The translations under genes and the position numbers were made by a program. A stretch of 35,697 nucleotides of DNA from NCBI GenBank assembly GCA_022565415.1, contig JAIUMT010000001.1:1-35697 (forward strand). The letters are read 5' to 3'. A model generated the notes under the pieces. That model did not search any database, was not told where the DNA came from, and saw only the letters and a list, made by a program, of their open reading frames with translations. Source of the stretch: Balneolales bacterium. GTDB lineage: Bacteria; Bacteroidota; Rhodothermia; Balneolales; HLUCCA01. Numbering within the stretch: position 1 is the stretch's first letter; every line of letters begins with the position of its first letter. Of this stretch, positions 1-7,188 are shown piece by piece.

Positions 1-127
1 TGAAATATCCATGAGGATATTTTCATTATTCGATTATCTAAGAGAGCATAAGTCCATGAATTACAGCTCTATACTCAAGGGCGCAGGTATCAATCACTCA
101 TTTATGAGTAATATTAAAGCTAGGAAA
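1..127. repeat. Terminal overlap, copy 1 (identical to 35571-35697); signature of a circularly assembled replicon with unique length 35570 bp
   Basis: Read directly. tgaaatatccatgaggatat...attaaagctaggaaa occurs at both ends with no mismatch. The ORF starting at 11 restarts at 35581. Confidence 0.95.
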
Positions 128-421
128 ATAATTAACCCAAACTCAGAGATGATTCGGAGAATTGTGATATCTACTGGATGCAATGGCCACTGGCTACTCA
201 CTGGAGAGGGGGAAATGTTTATAGAGGAAGAAGACCGGCAGAACCCCATGTATGACTCTGCCGTATCGCATTTAATCAATGCTCATCAATTGATGGACGG
301 TCTAGTATCGAAAAAAGGCGGTTCAAAAGAACCTCAGCTGCCAGTCGATCTTGAACTCGAACTAGCTCGATTACTCGTAAGACTTCTCGAAGATCGTCAA
401 AAAAGCCGGGATCCGGACTAA
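11..421 (+). CDS. CI-type phage repressor-like HTH protein (136 aa)
   Basis: The N-terminal domain ends in the ...GHWLLTGEGEMF motif typical of the phage CI repressor HTH family. It is divergent from a Cro-like gene across the junction. No S24 peptidase domain is visible. Confidence 0.65.
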   Translation: MRIFSLFDYLREHKSMNYSSILKGAGINHSFMSNIKARKIINPNSEMIRRIVISTGCNGHWLLTGEGEMFIEEEDRQNPMYDSAVSHLINAHQLMDGLVSKKGGSKEPQLPVDLELELARLLVRLLEDRQKSRDPD

Positions 422-695
422 TAGGGTTTTCTTGATTACACATTATTCTATGACTAAGGTTAATAGTTAATACCCCAGCAAAACGCTGGCAATAACCATA
501 CACATAACCATCGAAATATGAGTTACATCCTTAAAAAAAACCCCTGAATTATCAAATCGAACAACATGATTTCACCCAAAAACAGCCAATACAACTCAGA
601 ACAAGCGATTATTTCAAAAGTGGGGGTAAGCAGGTTACACAAAAATTTTGTATGGCCAGAAAAGCTAGCGTAAATCGATCAAACTCCATGATATC

Positions 696-2165
696 ATGAC
701 ACAAGTTGAATCAATTATTGAAAATCAACGGCTTAAAATAGGTCGGGCTACAGATAAGTCAATAAAATCAAGTGAAGGCCAGTACTTCACTCCGGTTTCG
801 ATTGCACGATACATGGCTAGTCTTTTTACATGTAATGGTAACATTAAGCTGCTCGATCCGGGTGCTGGAATAGGGGTTTTATCTGGGATATTTACCGATA
901 AGCTATCTGGAAATACTGAATACGACCTTCACATAACGGCATTCGAAAAAGATTCCAATCTAATTGATGAATTACAAAGAACACTTACGCTCGGCAACGC
1001 ACAAAATGTATCAACGCAGATAATTAATGCTGATTTCATAGACAGTGTTTATCTGGATGTAGTCATGGGGATCGAGAAGTACACCCATGTAATTATGAAT
1101 CCACCCTATAAAAAAATTAATAAGAGCAGCCAAGAAAGGAAGCAACTATCAAGCGCCGGCCTGGAAACAGTGAACCTATATACGGGTTTTGTTGCATTAG
1201 CTTTGTCCCTTTTAAAGCCAGGTGGTGAGTTAGTGGCGATAATACCGAGAAGCTTTTCTAATGGACCGTATTACAAGCCTTTTCGAGAGTACATTCTTGC
1301 CCGATCTGCAATAAATCATCTCCATATTTTCAAGTTCCGGAATAAAGCATTTGCTGGTGACGATGTACTTCAGGAGAACTTGATAATCAAGTTAACTAAA
1401 GGGCAAAAGCAGGGTAGTGTTACCGTATCAACGTCCTCAGATGGTACATTTAGTGATTACATCGAGAATCAGCATGTACCAAGTGAAATTATAGGATCTA
1501 GAATAAAGGGGCAGTTCATTACTATTCCTGATTTGAATATTGACACAACCGATAAATACCCTCAGATCAAGTATTCGTTGACGGATCTAGGCGTTAAGGT
1601 ATCTACCGGACCAGTAGTTGATTTTCGAATAAAAGAGGATTTGTGTAAAGGTGTAGAGGATAACTCGGTTCCATTGTTATACCCGGCTCACATGGCCACC
1701 GGTGAGCTGCGCTGGCCATTGCACCCAATTAAGAAATACAACGCAATAAGGCTAAGTGATTCATCTAGAAAACTGCTGTATAATGCCGGAAATTACTGTC
1801 TGGTTAAACGGTTTTCGGCTAAAGAAGAAAAACGCAGAGTAGTCGCAACCGTTCTGAACAAAGATCAAATTGATAAGTATGAATTTGTTGGCTTTGAGAA
1901 TCACTTCAATGTATTTCATCAGAACAAGAAGGGGCTACCCATTGAGCTGGCCACCGGCCTGGCTGCATACCTAAATACAAAGCTAGTTGATGATACATTC
2001 CGACAGTTTAACGGGCACACGCAAGTAAACGCGACTGATCTACGGATGCTCCAATATCCATCTGCAGATGTATTAAATCAAATAGGTCGTTCTATACTAC
2101 AGAGTGATCGGACACCTGAAAACATTGAAACTCTTGTAATCGAGAAACTGACATATGCACCATAA
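696..2165 (+). CDS. N6-adenine DNA methyltransferase (gamma class), PstI/BsuBI/Eco57I-like, modification subunit of a type II R-M pair
   Basis: SAM motif I is LLDPGAGIGVLSG and catalytic motif IV is VIMNPPYKK. The 489-aa length fits M.PstI/M.BsuBI-type enzymes. It overlaps the downstream endonuclease-like ORF by 11 nt. Confidence 0.8.
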   Translation: MTQVESIIENQRLKIGRATDKSIKSSEGQYFTPVSIARYMASLFTCNGNIKLLDPGAGIGVLSGIFTDKLSGNTEYDLHITAFEKDSNLIDELQRTLTLGNAQNVSTQIINADFIDSVYLDVVMGIEKYTHVIMNPPYKKINKSSQERKQLSSAGLETVNLYTGFVALALSLLKPGGELVAIIPRSFSNGPYYKPFREYILARSAINHLHIFKFRNKAFAGDDVLQENLIIKLTKGQKQGSVTVSTSSDGTFSDYIENQHVPSEIIGSRIKGQFITIPDLNIDTTDKYPQIKYSLTDLGVKVSTGPVVDFRIKEDLCKGVEDNSVPLLYPAHMATGELRWPLHPIKKYNAIRLSDSSRKLLYNAGNYCLVKRFSAKEEKRRVVATVLNKDQIDKYEFVGFENHFNVFHQNKKGLPIELATGLAAYLNTKLVDDTFRQFNGHTQVNATDLRMLQYPSADVLNQIGRSILQSDRTPENIETLVIEKLTYAP

Positions 2166-3093
2166 TGTAGATGAAGCCAAAGAAATACTACGACAATTTG
2201 GGATGCCTCGTGGCCAATTAAACGACAGAACGGCATACTGTTTACTGGCACTATTGAACATGCGCCCAGGGATGAAATGGAGTGAGTGCGAAAGCCCATT
2301 AATCGGTGTTACTCCAATTATGTTTTTTACAAATGAATATTATGATTATAAATATGCTCCAAACAGTAGAGAGTCAGTACGAAAAGGCTCTCTGCATCAG
2401 ATGATTGCAGCAGGAATAGTATTATATAACCCAGATGAGCCTGATAGACCAGTAAATAGTCCGAAAAACGTGTATCAGATTGAATCTAACGCTTTAGCAT
2501 TAATTCGAACGTACGGCTCAAAAGAATGGGAACCTGGTGTTAAATCATACATGAAAAAGCGACCAGGTTTAGCTGCGAAATATGCAATGCATAGAGATTT
2601 ACAAAAGCTGCCGGTTAGAGTTAGAGATGGTTTGGAAATTAATTTGAGCCCAGGATCTCATAGTGTTCTTATAAAAGCCATAATTGAAGAATTTGCCCCG
2701 AGGTACGCTCCGGGAAGTGAACTCGTATATGCAGGAGATACAAAAAGCAAGTGGGATGCATATTTCGACAAGGAGATATTAGAGAAACTAGGTGTTAAAG
2801 TTGGCTCTCATGGGAAAATGCCGGACGTGGTTCTCTACTATACCGAACGAAAATGGTTGCTACTATGCGAGTCTGTAACGAGCCATGGTCCAGTAGATAG
2901 CAAGCGACACTCTGAACTTGCTGAACTATTTAAGGACTGCAAAGCGGGCTTAGTTTATGTAACCGCATTCCCGGACATGAAAACCATGCGTAAATACCTG
3001 GCAGAAATCGCCTGGGAAACAGAAGTATGGGTAGCAGATCATCCAACGCACCTAATTCATTTCAATGGCGAAAGATTTTTAGGACCATATTAA
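2155..3093 (+). CDS. Type II restriction endonuclease candidate, BsuBI/PstI-like (312 aa)
   Basis: Translationally coupled to the MTase. The C-terminal segment MPDVVLYYTERKWLLLCESVTSHGPVDSKRHSEL resembles the PD...E-x-V-T-S-x-G-P core I recall for the BsuBI/PstI family. Size matches (about 310-330 aa). Specificity cannot be read from the sequence. Confidence 0.5.
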   Translation: MHHNVDEAKEILRQFGMPRGQLNDRTAYCLLALLNMRPGMKWSECESPLIGVTPIMFFTNEYYDYKYAPNSRESVRKGSLHQMIAAGIVLYNPDEPDRPVNSPKNVYQIESNALALIRTYGSKEWEPGVKSYMKKRPGLAAKYAMHRDLQKLPVRVRDGLEINLSPGSHSVLIKAIIEEFAPRYAPGSELVYAGDTKSKWDAYFDKEILEKLGVKVGSHGKMPDVVLYYTERKWLLLCESVTSHGPVDSKRHSELAELFKDCKAGLVYVTAFPDMKTMRKYLAEIAWETEVWVADHPTHLIHFNGERFLGPY

Positions 3094-3116
3094 ACACCAC
3101 TGCAAAAAAATACAGG

Positions 3117-3590
3117 CTAATCCGTTTCGGAGGTATTATTCTCAATTCCATCTTTAGGAATATTTTTAACCAAATCCTTCGGATTAACAACTGGTAGTAT
3201 GAAAGTAGAGTTATATCTACTATATGCTAATCTCTCTTTAAGTATTCCTCTTGTAGATGAGTAACCTAAGCTAGCAAACAGCGATAGCATTCCATCATCA
3301 ATCTGCACTTTATTCTGATCATTACACAATCTACTCAAATTGTTTATTTCGAAAGTGTACCTAATATGGATAGAAAAGCACTCTTTTTCATCTTCAATAT
3401 TAGTTGTAGCTGTTATACCTAAGTCGAAATTTATCAAATTCATATCGACTATAGAGAAGAATGCCGTTGTGTATTTTAATTCAAGATTGTCAAAAATATC
3501 ATCAACAGTATATGGATGCTCTTGTATATTGAATTTTATAACAATAATATCTTTGATTCTATACTCAATGATCACATCGTCATCATTCAT
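3117..3590 (-). CDS. SecB-like chaperone candidate (third gene of a toxin-antitoxin-chaperone operon)
   Basis: 157 aa. The pattern IEYRIKDIIVIKFNIQ ... CFSIHIRYTFEI ... LFASLGYSSTRGILKERLAYSRYNSTFILPVVNPKDL parallels SecB (FQIQRIYTKDISFE ... [31 protein letters not shown]). It has a 4-nt overlap with the upstream antitoxin gene. Confidence 0.45.
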   Translation of the reverse strand: MNDDDVIIEYRIKDIIVIKFNIQEHPYTVDDIFDNLELKYTTAFFSIVDMNLINFDLGITATTNIEDEKECFSIHIRYTFEINNLSRLCNDQNKVQIDDGMLSLFASLGYSSTRGILKERLAYSRYNSTFILPVVNPKDLVKNIPKDGIENNTSETD

Positions 3591-4072
3591 GATGCTTTCC
3601 TGTCTGATGAGTCCGCATTAACAATTTTAAGACCAGAATTATTAGGTTTAAACTCTGGGCTTGCAGTCGTTTCATTCTTACCCTTAACCCAGCTACTGCT
3701 GTTAAATTTAATGATGGTACATTCACTGTCATTAAACTGATTGTAGGTATTCTGAATAGTTTCTAGGTCAAACTTTATAACTCTTGGAGTTTGCAATGTT
3801 AGACCTAATGCATCTGTATATTTAAACAGCGTTTTTACTTTGATGCTTGAGTCTGCACCAAAGAATTGAGAAACGGCAGATTTTTTGACCTTAGTTAATT
3901 CTGCAAATTCTACATTCGAAATATTCTCGTTCTTTAAATGCCTAGAGATTTGTGCTAGGACTTCTTCAACGTAAGCATCGGCACGATAATCAGGTGATTT
4001 GAACCACTCAATTATTGCAGAATGATACTTACTGTTAGTGCGTCGAAGCCTATCAAGGATTAGGGAAACCAT
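3587..4072 (-). CDS. XRE-family HTH antitoxin (HigA-like) with a long C-terminal extension
   Basis: The HTH segment is ISNVEFAELTKVKKSAVSQFFGADSSIKVKTLFKYTDALGL. About 65 extra C-terminal residues follow. It overlaps the upstream toxin-like gene by 20 nt. Confidence 0.6.
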   Translation of the reverse strand: MVSLILDRLRRTNSKYHSAIIEWFKSPDYRADAYVEEVLAQISRHLKNENISNVEFAELTKVKKSAVSQFFGADSSIKVKTLFKYTDALGLTLQTPRVIKFDLETIQNTYNQFNDSECTIIKFNSSSWVKGKNETTASPEFKPNNSGLKIVNADSSDRKAS

Positions 4073-4466
4073 GTTTATCTATCCAGTTATTTATACTTAC
4101 TTGTAGGTGTTCAGAGTCTTTAAAGAATTGAGACTCTTCTAACTTGCTTTTCTTTCTGAAGCAAAATGATATTATGATTGAGTTTTTATCATAGTAGTAA
4201 AGCAGGACTCGAATGTTGTCTTGTCCAACTTTTTTGATGTAGTAGAGAGGCTGTAAATTGTTGCTTTGCCCTTTAACCTCACAAAATGCTTTAGTTTTTC
4301 TGAGTGTTGACCATTCATGATTAAGTAATTTGCGAATACTGCTATCTATAGCACCTGAGCCCGCCCACCTCTCGTTAACCATTTCAGAGTAGGGTGACGT
4401 TCCTTTGATTGTATCTATGCAGATGTAAATAGATTTGTTGTTATCGTAAGTGTATAATTCGAGCAA
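4053..4466 (-). CDS. Gp49/HigB-like (RelE/ParE superfamily) toxin candidate
   Basis: ...NIRVLLYYYDKNSIIISFCFRKKSKLEESQ... matches the ...FRVLFF....V.L.AFYKNQQKTPK... core of Gp49-like HigB toxins. The ORF as listed starts with TTG; the first in-frame ATG is 28 codons in, so the start is uncertain. Confidence 0.55.
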   Translation of the reverse strand: MLELYTYDNNKSIYICIDTIKGTSPYSEMVNERWAGSGAIDSSIRKLLNHEWSTLRKTKAFCEVKGQSNNLQPLYYIKKVGQDNIRVLLYYYDKNSIIISFCFRKKSKLEESQFFKDSEHLQVSINNWIDKHGFPNP

Positions 4467-4613
4467 TTGTTTAGCTATAGCTTTACTGACAGAATGTAAG
4501 TTGAATCATTGAAGAAAGCAAATTATCACCACAGTCGCCAATTAATTATTCAACCAAATTATTGATACCTAAGTACTTTCGTTATTGGTTGTTGGTTACT
4601 TGCTCTGAATTCT

Positions 4614-4639
4614 ACTGGGGTAACTATTGGGGTAACTCA
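4614..4639 (+). repeat. Arm-type repeat copy 1: ACTGGGGTAACTATTGGGGTAACTCA (two GGGGTAAC units)
   Basis: Near-identical to 4902-4927 and 4934-4959. All three copies share orientation and flank the tRNA-like core. Confidence 0.85.
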
Positions 4640-4656
4640 GATGGGAAAAACGTTCG

Positions 4657-4671
4657 CTAACACTTTGTAAG
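4657..4671. promoter_or_regulatory. Operator-like imperfect palindrome CTAACA-CTT-TGTAAG
   Basis: The 14-mer TAACACTTTGTAAG recurs in inverse orientation at 35496-35509 in the switch region. It is related to the perfect palindrome CTTACA-TTT-TGTAAG at 4828-4842 and 6156-6170. Confidence 0.5.
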
Positions 4672-4717
4672 TTTGCGTTTAAATGCAAAATAGACGGATT
4701 ATTGATAGTGGATGACA

Positions 4718-4773
4718 AAGATTCAGGGACGTGTGAGGGTAACCTTGTGTGGGTTCGAATCCCACCTTCGGTA
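4718..4773 (+). other. 3' fragment of a tRNA gene (variable-arm-like hairpin, T-arm, 3' acceptor strand); probable attP core
   Basis: T-arm is GTGGG-TTCGAAT-CCCAC (4749-4765), followed by CTTCGGT-A (4766-4773). Upstream, TGAGG-GTAA-CCTTG could be a long variable arm. No complementary 5' acceptor strand (ACCGAAG or a G-U variant) lies within 100 nt upstream, so the gene is not complete. The left boundary is approximate. Confidence 0.6.
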
Positions 4774-4827
4774 CTTTGTGGGAAAAGCTATTTCGGGAAA
4801 CCGAAGTGGCTTTTTTTATGCCGTTTA

Positions 4828-4842
4828 CTTACATTTTGTAAG
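4828..4842. promoter_or_regulatory. Perfect palindrome CTTACA-TTT-TGTAAG (copy 1)
   Basis: Read directly. An identical 15-mer lies at 6156-6170. The two copies bracket the integrase gene. Confidence 0.55.
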
Positions 4843-4901
4843 CGAAAGTGTTTCCCTAACCCTCCCTGGATGCTTCTATTCAATAGCTCAACTTCCCATC
4901 T

Positions 4902-4959
4902 TCTGGGGTAACTATTGGGGTAACTCAAATTTTACTGGGGTAACTATTGGGGTAATCCA
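4902..4959 (+). repeat. Arm-type repeat copies 2 and 3 (TCTGGGGTAACTATTGGGGTAACTCA / ACTGGGGTAACTATTGGGGTAATCCA)
   Basis: Read directly. The tandem pair is separated by 6 nt and ends 10 nt before the integrase ATG. Confidence 0.85.
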
Positions 4960-4969
4960 AAATCACATT

Positions 4970-6142
4970 ATGGCATATATCAAGAAGGTTAAAAATACTT
5001 ATTATCTCCGCTGGCGATCCTATCACGACGGTGTAGAGAAAATAAATCTGAAAAGTCTAGGTACTCGATATAAAGATGTCGCACAAAGAAAGCTTGTACA
5101 GCTGCAAAAGTTGCATGATCTCGGGGAGATAGATTTTGATCACCCAGATTTCAATCCTGCCGAAGCACTTCGGGAAGACAAGCCAATCACGCAGGTCCTT
5201 ACGGTCAGAAATGCTGTTGATTCATTCTACAATGCCAAAAAGAGTTTCTGGTCAGCCCAGACGCTAAAGACCAATCAGAATGTGTTAGAATATTGGATAC
5301 GCTCTCAAAACCTTGAATCTATATCCATTCGTAAAGTGAATGAAGGGTATTTTCGCCACGTATTACAACGCCTTGATATTAAAGCTACAACCAAACATTA
5401 CTACTATCGGCACTTTAAGTCATTCTGGACATACCTGGTCGAATCAAAAATTGTACTAAAGGATATCGTAACTCCGCTACGAAAAGAGCTGCCAAACAAG
5501 CGTGACAACACACGTCCTAAAATGTTAACGATTGAAGAGTTTGACCTACTCGTAAAAACTTTTGAGCTCGATCAGGCACAAAAACGAGCCAAGTATAAAT
5601 ACAATGACGACCTGGTCCAGGATTGGTTTTTGCCAATAGTGGCAATACTCTTTTATGCGGGTTTGCGACGTAGTGAAGTCGCTTACCAGATACGCATTGA
5701 ATATTCTGGTCTGAAAGGTAAAAATCTAATCTACGAAAAGGGCAAGCTGGAATTTATAGCACTGCCTCCAACAAAGGGTAAAACGGAGAGGATAATTCCA
5801 ATATCTGCTACACTAAAGAAATATCTCGATCCCTACCTAAAGAAAAGAGGAGTCATTAATCCTGATGATTATGTATTTGTGTACAGCGGTGGTGCTTATG
5901 CAGGTATGGCCGTAAGGGCTAGAAAAGTCTATGAGGTATTTAAGAAAATACTCAATATAGCTGGCATCCCGCATACCAGGACATTGCACGGAATGAGGCA
6001 TCGAGCTGTAACAAACTGGATTGAACAAGGTTTTCACACGGCTGAAGCTAAGATAATGGCTGGCCATAGCTCAGTAACCGTAACGGAGGGTTACACGCAT
6101 TTAACGGCTAAACGCCTGAAAGAGAAGATGGATTCGCTATAA
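4970..6142 (+). CDS. int: Tyrosine recombinase / phage integrase (390 aa)
   Basis: N-terminus is MAYIKKVKNTYYLRWRSY. The catalytic region has AGLRRSE (Arg), HGMRHRAVTNW (H-x-x-R) and GHSSVTVTEGYTH (His and Tyr nucleophile). The start is placed at the ATG at 4970 because the longer ORF from 4712 runs through the tRNA fragment and arm repeats. Confidence 0.9.
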   Translation: MAYIKKVKNTYYLRWRSYHDGVEKINLKSLGTRYKDVAQRKLVQLQKLHDLGEIDFDHPDFNPAEALREDKPITQVLTVRNAVDSFYNAKKSFWSAQTLKTNQNVLEYWIRSQNLESISIRKVNEGYFRHVLQRLDIKATTKHYYYRHFKSFWTYLVESKIVLKDIVTPLRKELPNKRDNTRPKMLTIEEFDLLVKTFELDQAQKRAKYKYNDDLVQDWFLPIVAILFYAGLRRSEVAYQIRIEYSGLKGKNLIYEKGKLEFIALPPTKGKTERIIPISATLKKYLDPYLKKRGVINPDDYVFVYSGGAYAGMAVRARKVYEVFKKILNIAGIPHTRTLHGMRHRAVTNWIEQGFHTAEAKIMAGHSSVTVTEGYTHLTAKRLKEKMDSL

Positions 6143-6155
6143 ATATGAATGAACG

Positions 6156-6170
6156 CTTACATTTTGTAAG
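6156..6170. promoter_or_regulatory. Perfect palindrome CTTACA-TTT-TGTAAG (copy 2); can extend to a GCTTACA/TGTAAGC 7-bp stem
   Basis: Read directly, 14 nt after the integrase stop codon. It may double as a hairpin terminator. Confidence 0.55.
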
Positions 6171-6266
6171 CTGTTTACTAATTTGTATTATATATACAAC
6201 ACACGATTTAACTTTGCTCATTAGTCATTTACATTGCACTTTGACGGTGCACAAGGGACTTTTTAC

Positions 6267-6749
6267 ATGATTGCCACCACCACGGACCAATATACTCCTA
6301 GTGAGGATTACAAGGATCAGTCCACATATTCATCGGATGATATGATTGACGCATACTTACAGGGGATGGATTATGCTCAAAAAAATTATAAAGAGCTAGT
6401 TACTGAGGTGATAAAGCTACGGGTGGATTTAGTGTTTGCTATCAAAGACACTATAATTTCAGCTGTTTTGAACAAGCTAGACACCCCTATTCAAGCTATG
6501 TTTCTCAAGATCGGGAATGGAACTCACTTCGAATTGTTAATATGTATTGAGAATGAAGTGTTTTGGTCTGAGAAGTATAATACCATCGTTGATATTGCTG
6601 ATGAATTAACTAACGAGTTTTGCGGTGACGAGAAAACACTGAGCTATAACTTTCTTACAGATTACACGACTCTTGAGTTAGAAAGAATATACAGTGAAAA
6701 ATTCCATAGAATCTTTATCAATGAATCACTTAAAAAAAGCTCAGCATAA
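6267..6749 (+). CDS. Hypothetical protein, upstream partner of the HEPN-like gene
   Basis: The ORF from 6234 starts with TTG. The ATG at 6267 has an AAGGGA Shine-Dalgarno about 8 nt upstream. Contains IGNG-x9-ENE, a weak resemblance to the hG[GS]-x9-13-[DE]x[DE] signature of minimal nucleotidyltransferases. It overlaps the downstream gene. Confidence 0.5.
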   Translation: MIATTTDQYTPSEDYKDQSTYSSDDMIDAYLQGMDYAQKNYKELVTEVIKLRVDLVFAIKDTIISAVLNKLDTPIQAMFLKIGNGTHFELLICIENEVFWSEKYNTIVDIADELTNEFCGDEKTLSYNFLTDYTTLELERIYSEKFHRIFINESLKKSSA

Positions 6750-7137
6750 TGAAAAGGTATGTCGTCATTTAGACATTGATGGGGACGAATTTGTGGATTG
6801 GATTGCTATAACGGCCTATTATGCTGCATATCACTATTTACTAAGTGTATTATTCCCAGGAACATTTAAGCTATCCAACAGAGATATTGATTTTAAATCT
6901 TTTGAAGATTTCAAAGGATCCTCCATCGTTAGAACTAATGTTAAAGGTTCTCATCAAGTACTTCTTTATGCGGTTAAGAGTAACTTAAATAAAGCTTACT
7001 ACTCTCATAAACGATTATTAGATAAGTGTAATGAATATAGATACAAAACTTTTTATCCAAATGACCCTAAAGTTGAAAAAGAAAGAATAATGGTCGAACT
7101 TATGTCAGTCAAGGGTAATTGTGGAATATCTATATAA
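6721..7137 (+). CDS. HEPN-like protein candidate
   Basis: The N-terminal helix pattern HLKKAQHNEKVCRHL...FVDWIAITAYYAAYHYLL is typical of HEPN-type helical bundles. VRTNVKGSH fits R-x4-6-H. The start is ambiguous (GTG at 6694 or ATG at 6721). Confidence 0.4.
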   Translation: MNHLKKAQHNEKVCRHLDIDGDEFVDWIAITAYYAAYHYLLSVLFPGTFKLSNRDIDFKSFEDFKGSSIVRTNVKGSHQVLLYAVKSNLNKAYYSHKRLLDKCNEYRYKTFYPNDPKVEKERIMVELMSVKGNCGISI

Positions 7138-7151
7138 TTCATTTTTTTGAG

Positions 7152-7188
7152 AAAAAAAAGGCCATTAAGCATTGCTCAACGGCCTTTG
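7152..7188. terminator. Hairpin terminator between convergent operons (A-run, GGCC stem, T-rich tail)
   Basis: aaaaaaaaGGCCattaagcattgctcaacGGCCtttgac. On the minus strand the stem is followed by TTTTTTTT, fitting termination of the late/lysis operon that ends at 7304. On the plus strand a weaker TTT follows. Confidence 0.6.

Larger units (their letters stand above)
4610..4960. mobile_element. attP-like recombination region: tRNA-fragment core flanked by arm-type repeats and palindromes, immediately upstream of the integrase gene
   Basis: Contains the component features listed separately at 4614-4639, 4657-4671, 4718-4773, 4828-4842 and 4902-4959. The replicon is circular, so this would be attP rather than attL/attR. 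Confidence 0.6.

Noticed and set aside
1-127. True direct terminal repeats of a linear genome
   Set aside because: The repeat cuts a gene and the regulatory region in two and has no terminase-related features nearby. An assembly overlap of a circular molecule is the simpler reading, though read-level data would be needed to exclude DTRs.
4690-4773. A complete tRNA or tmRNA gene at the att site
   Set aside because: The T-arm and 3' acceptor strand are clear. No complementary 5' acceptor strand or D-arm lies upstream at the distance expected for either a class I or a class II tRNA, so only a 3' fragment is supported.
4712-4969. The N-terminal 86 codons of the long ORF 4712-6142 (and the overlapping ORF 4702-4911) as coding sequence
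   Set aside because: This stretch consists of the tRNA-gene fragment, the CTTACATTTTGTAAG palindrome and the GGGGTAAC arm repeats. The integrase-like sequence begins at MAYIKKVKNTYYLRW (ATG at 4970).
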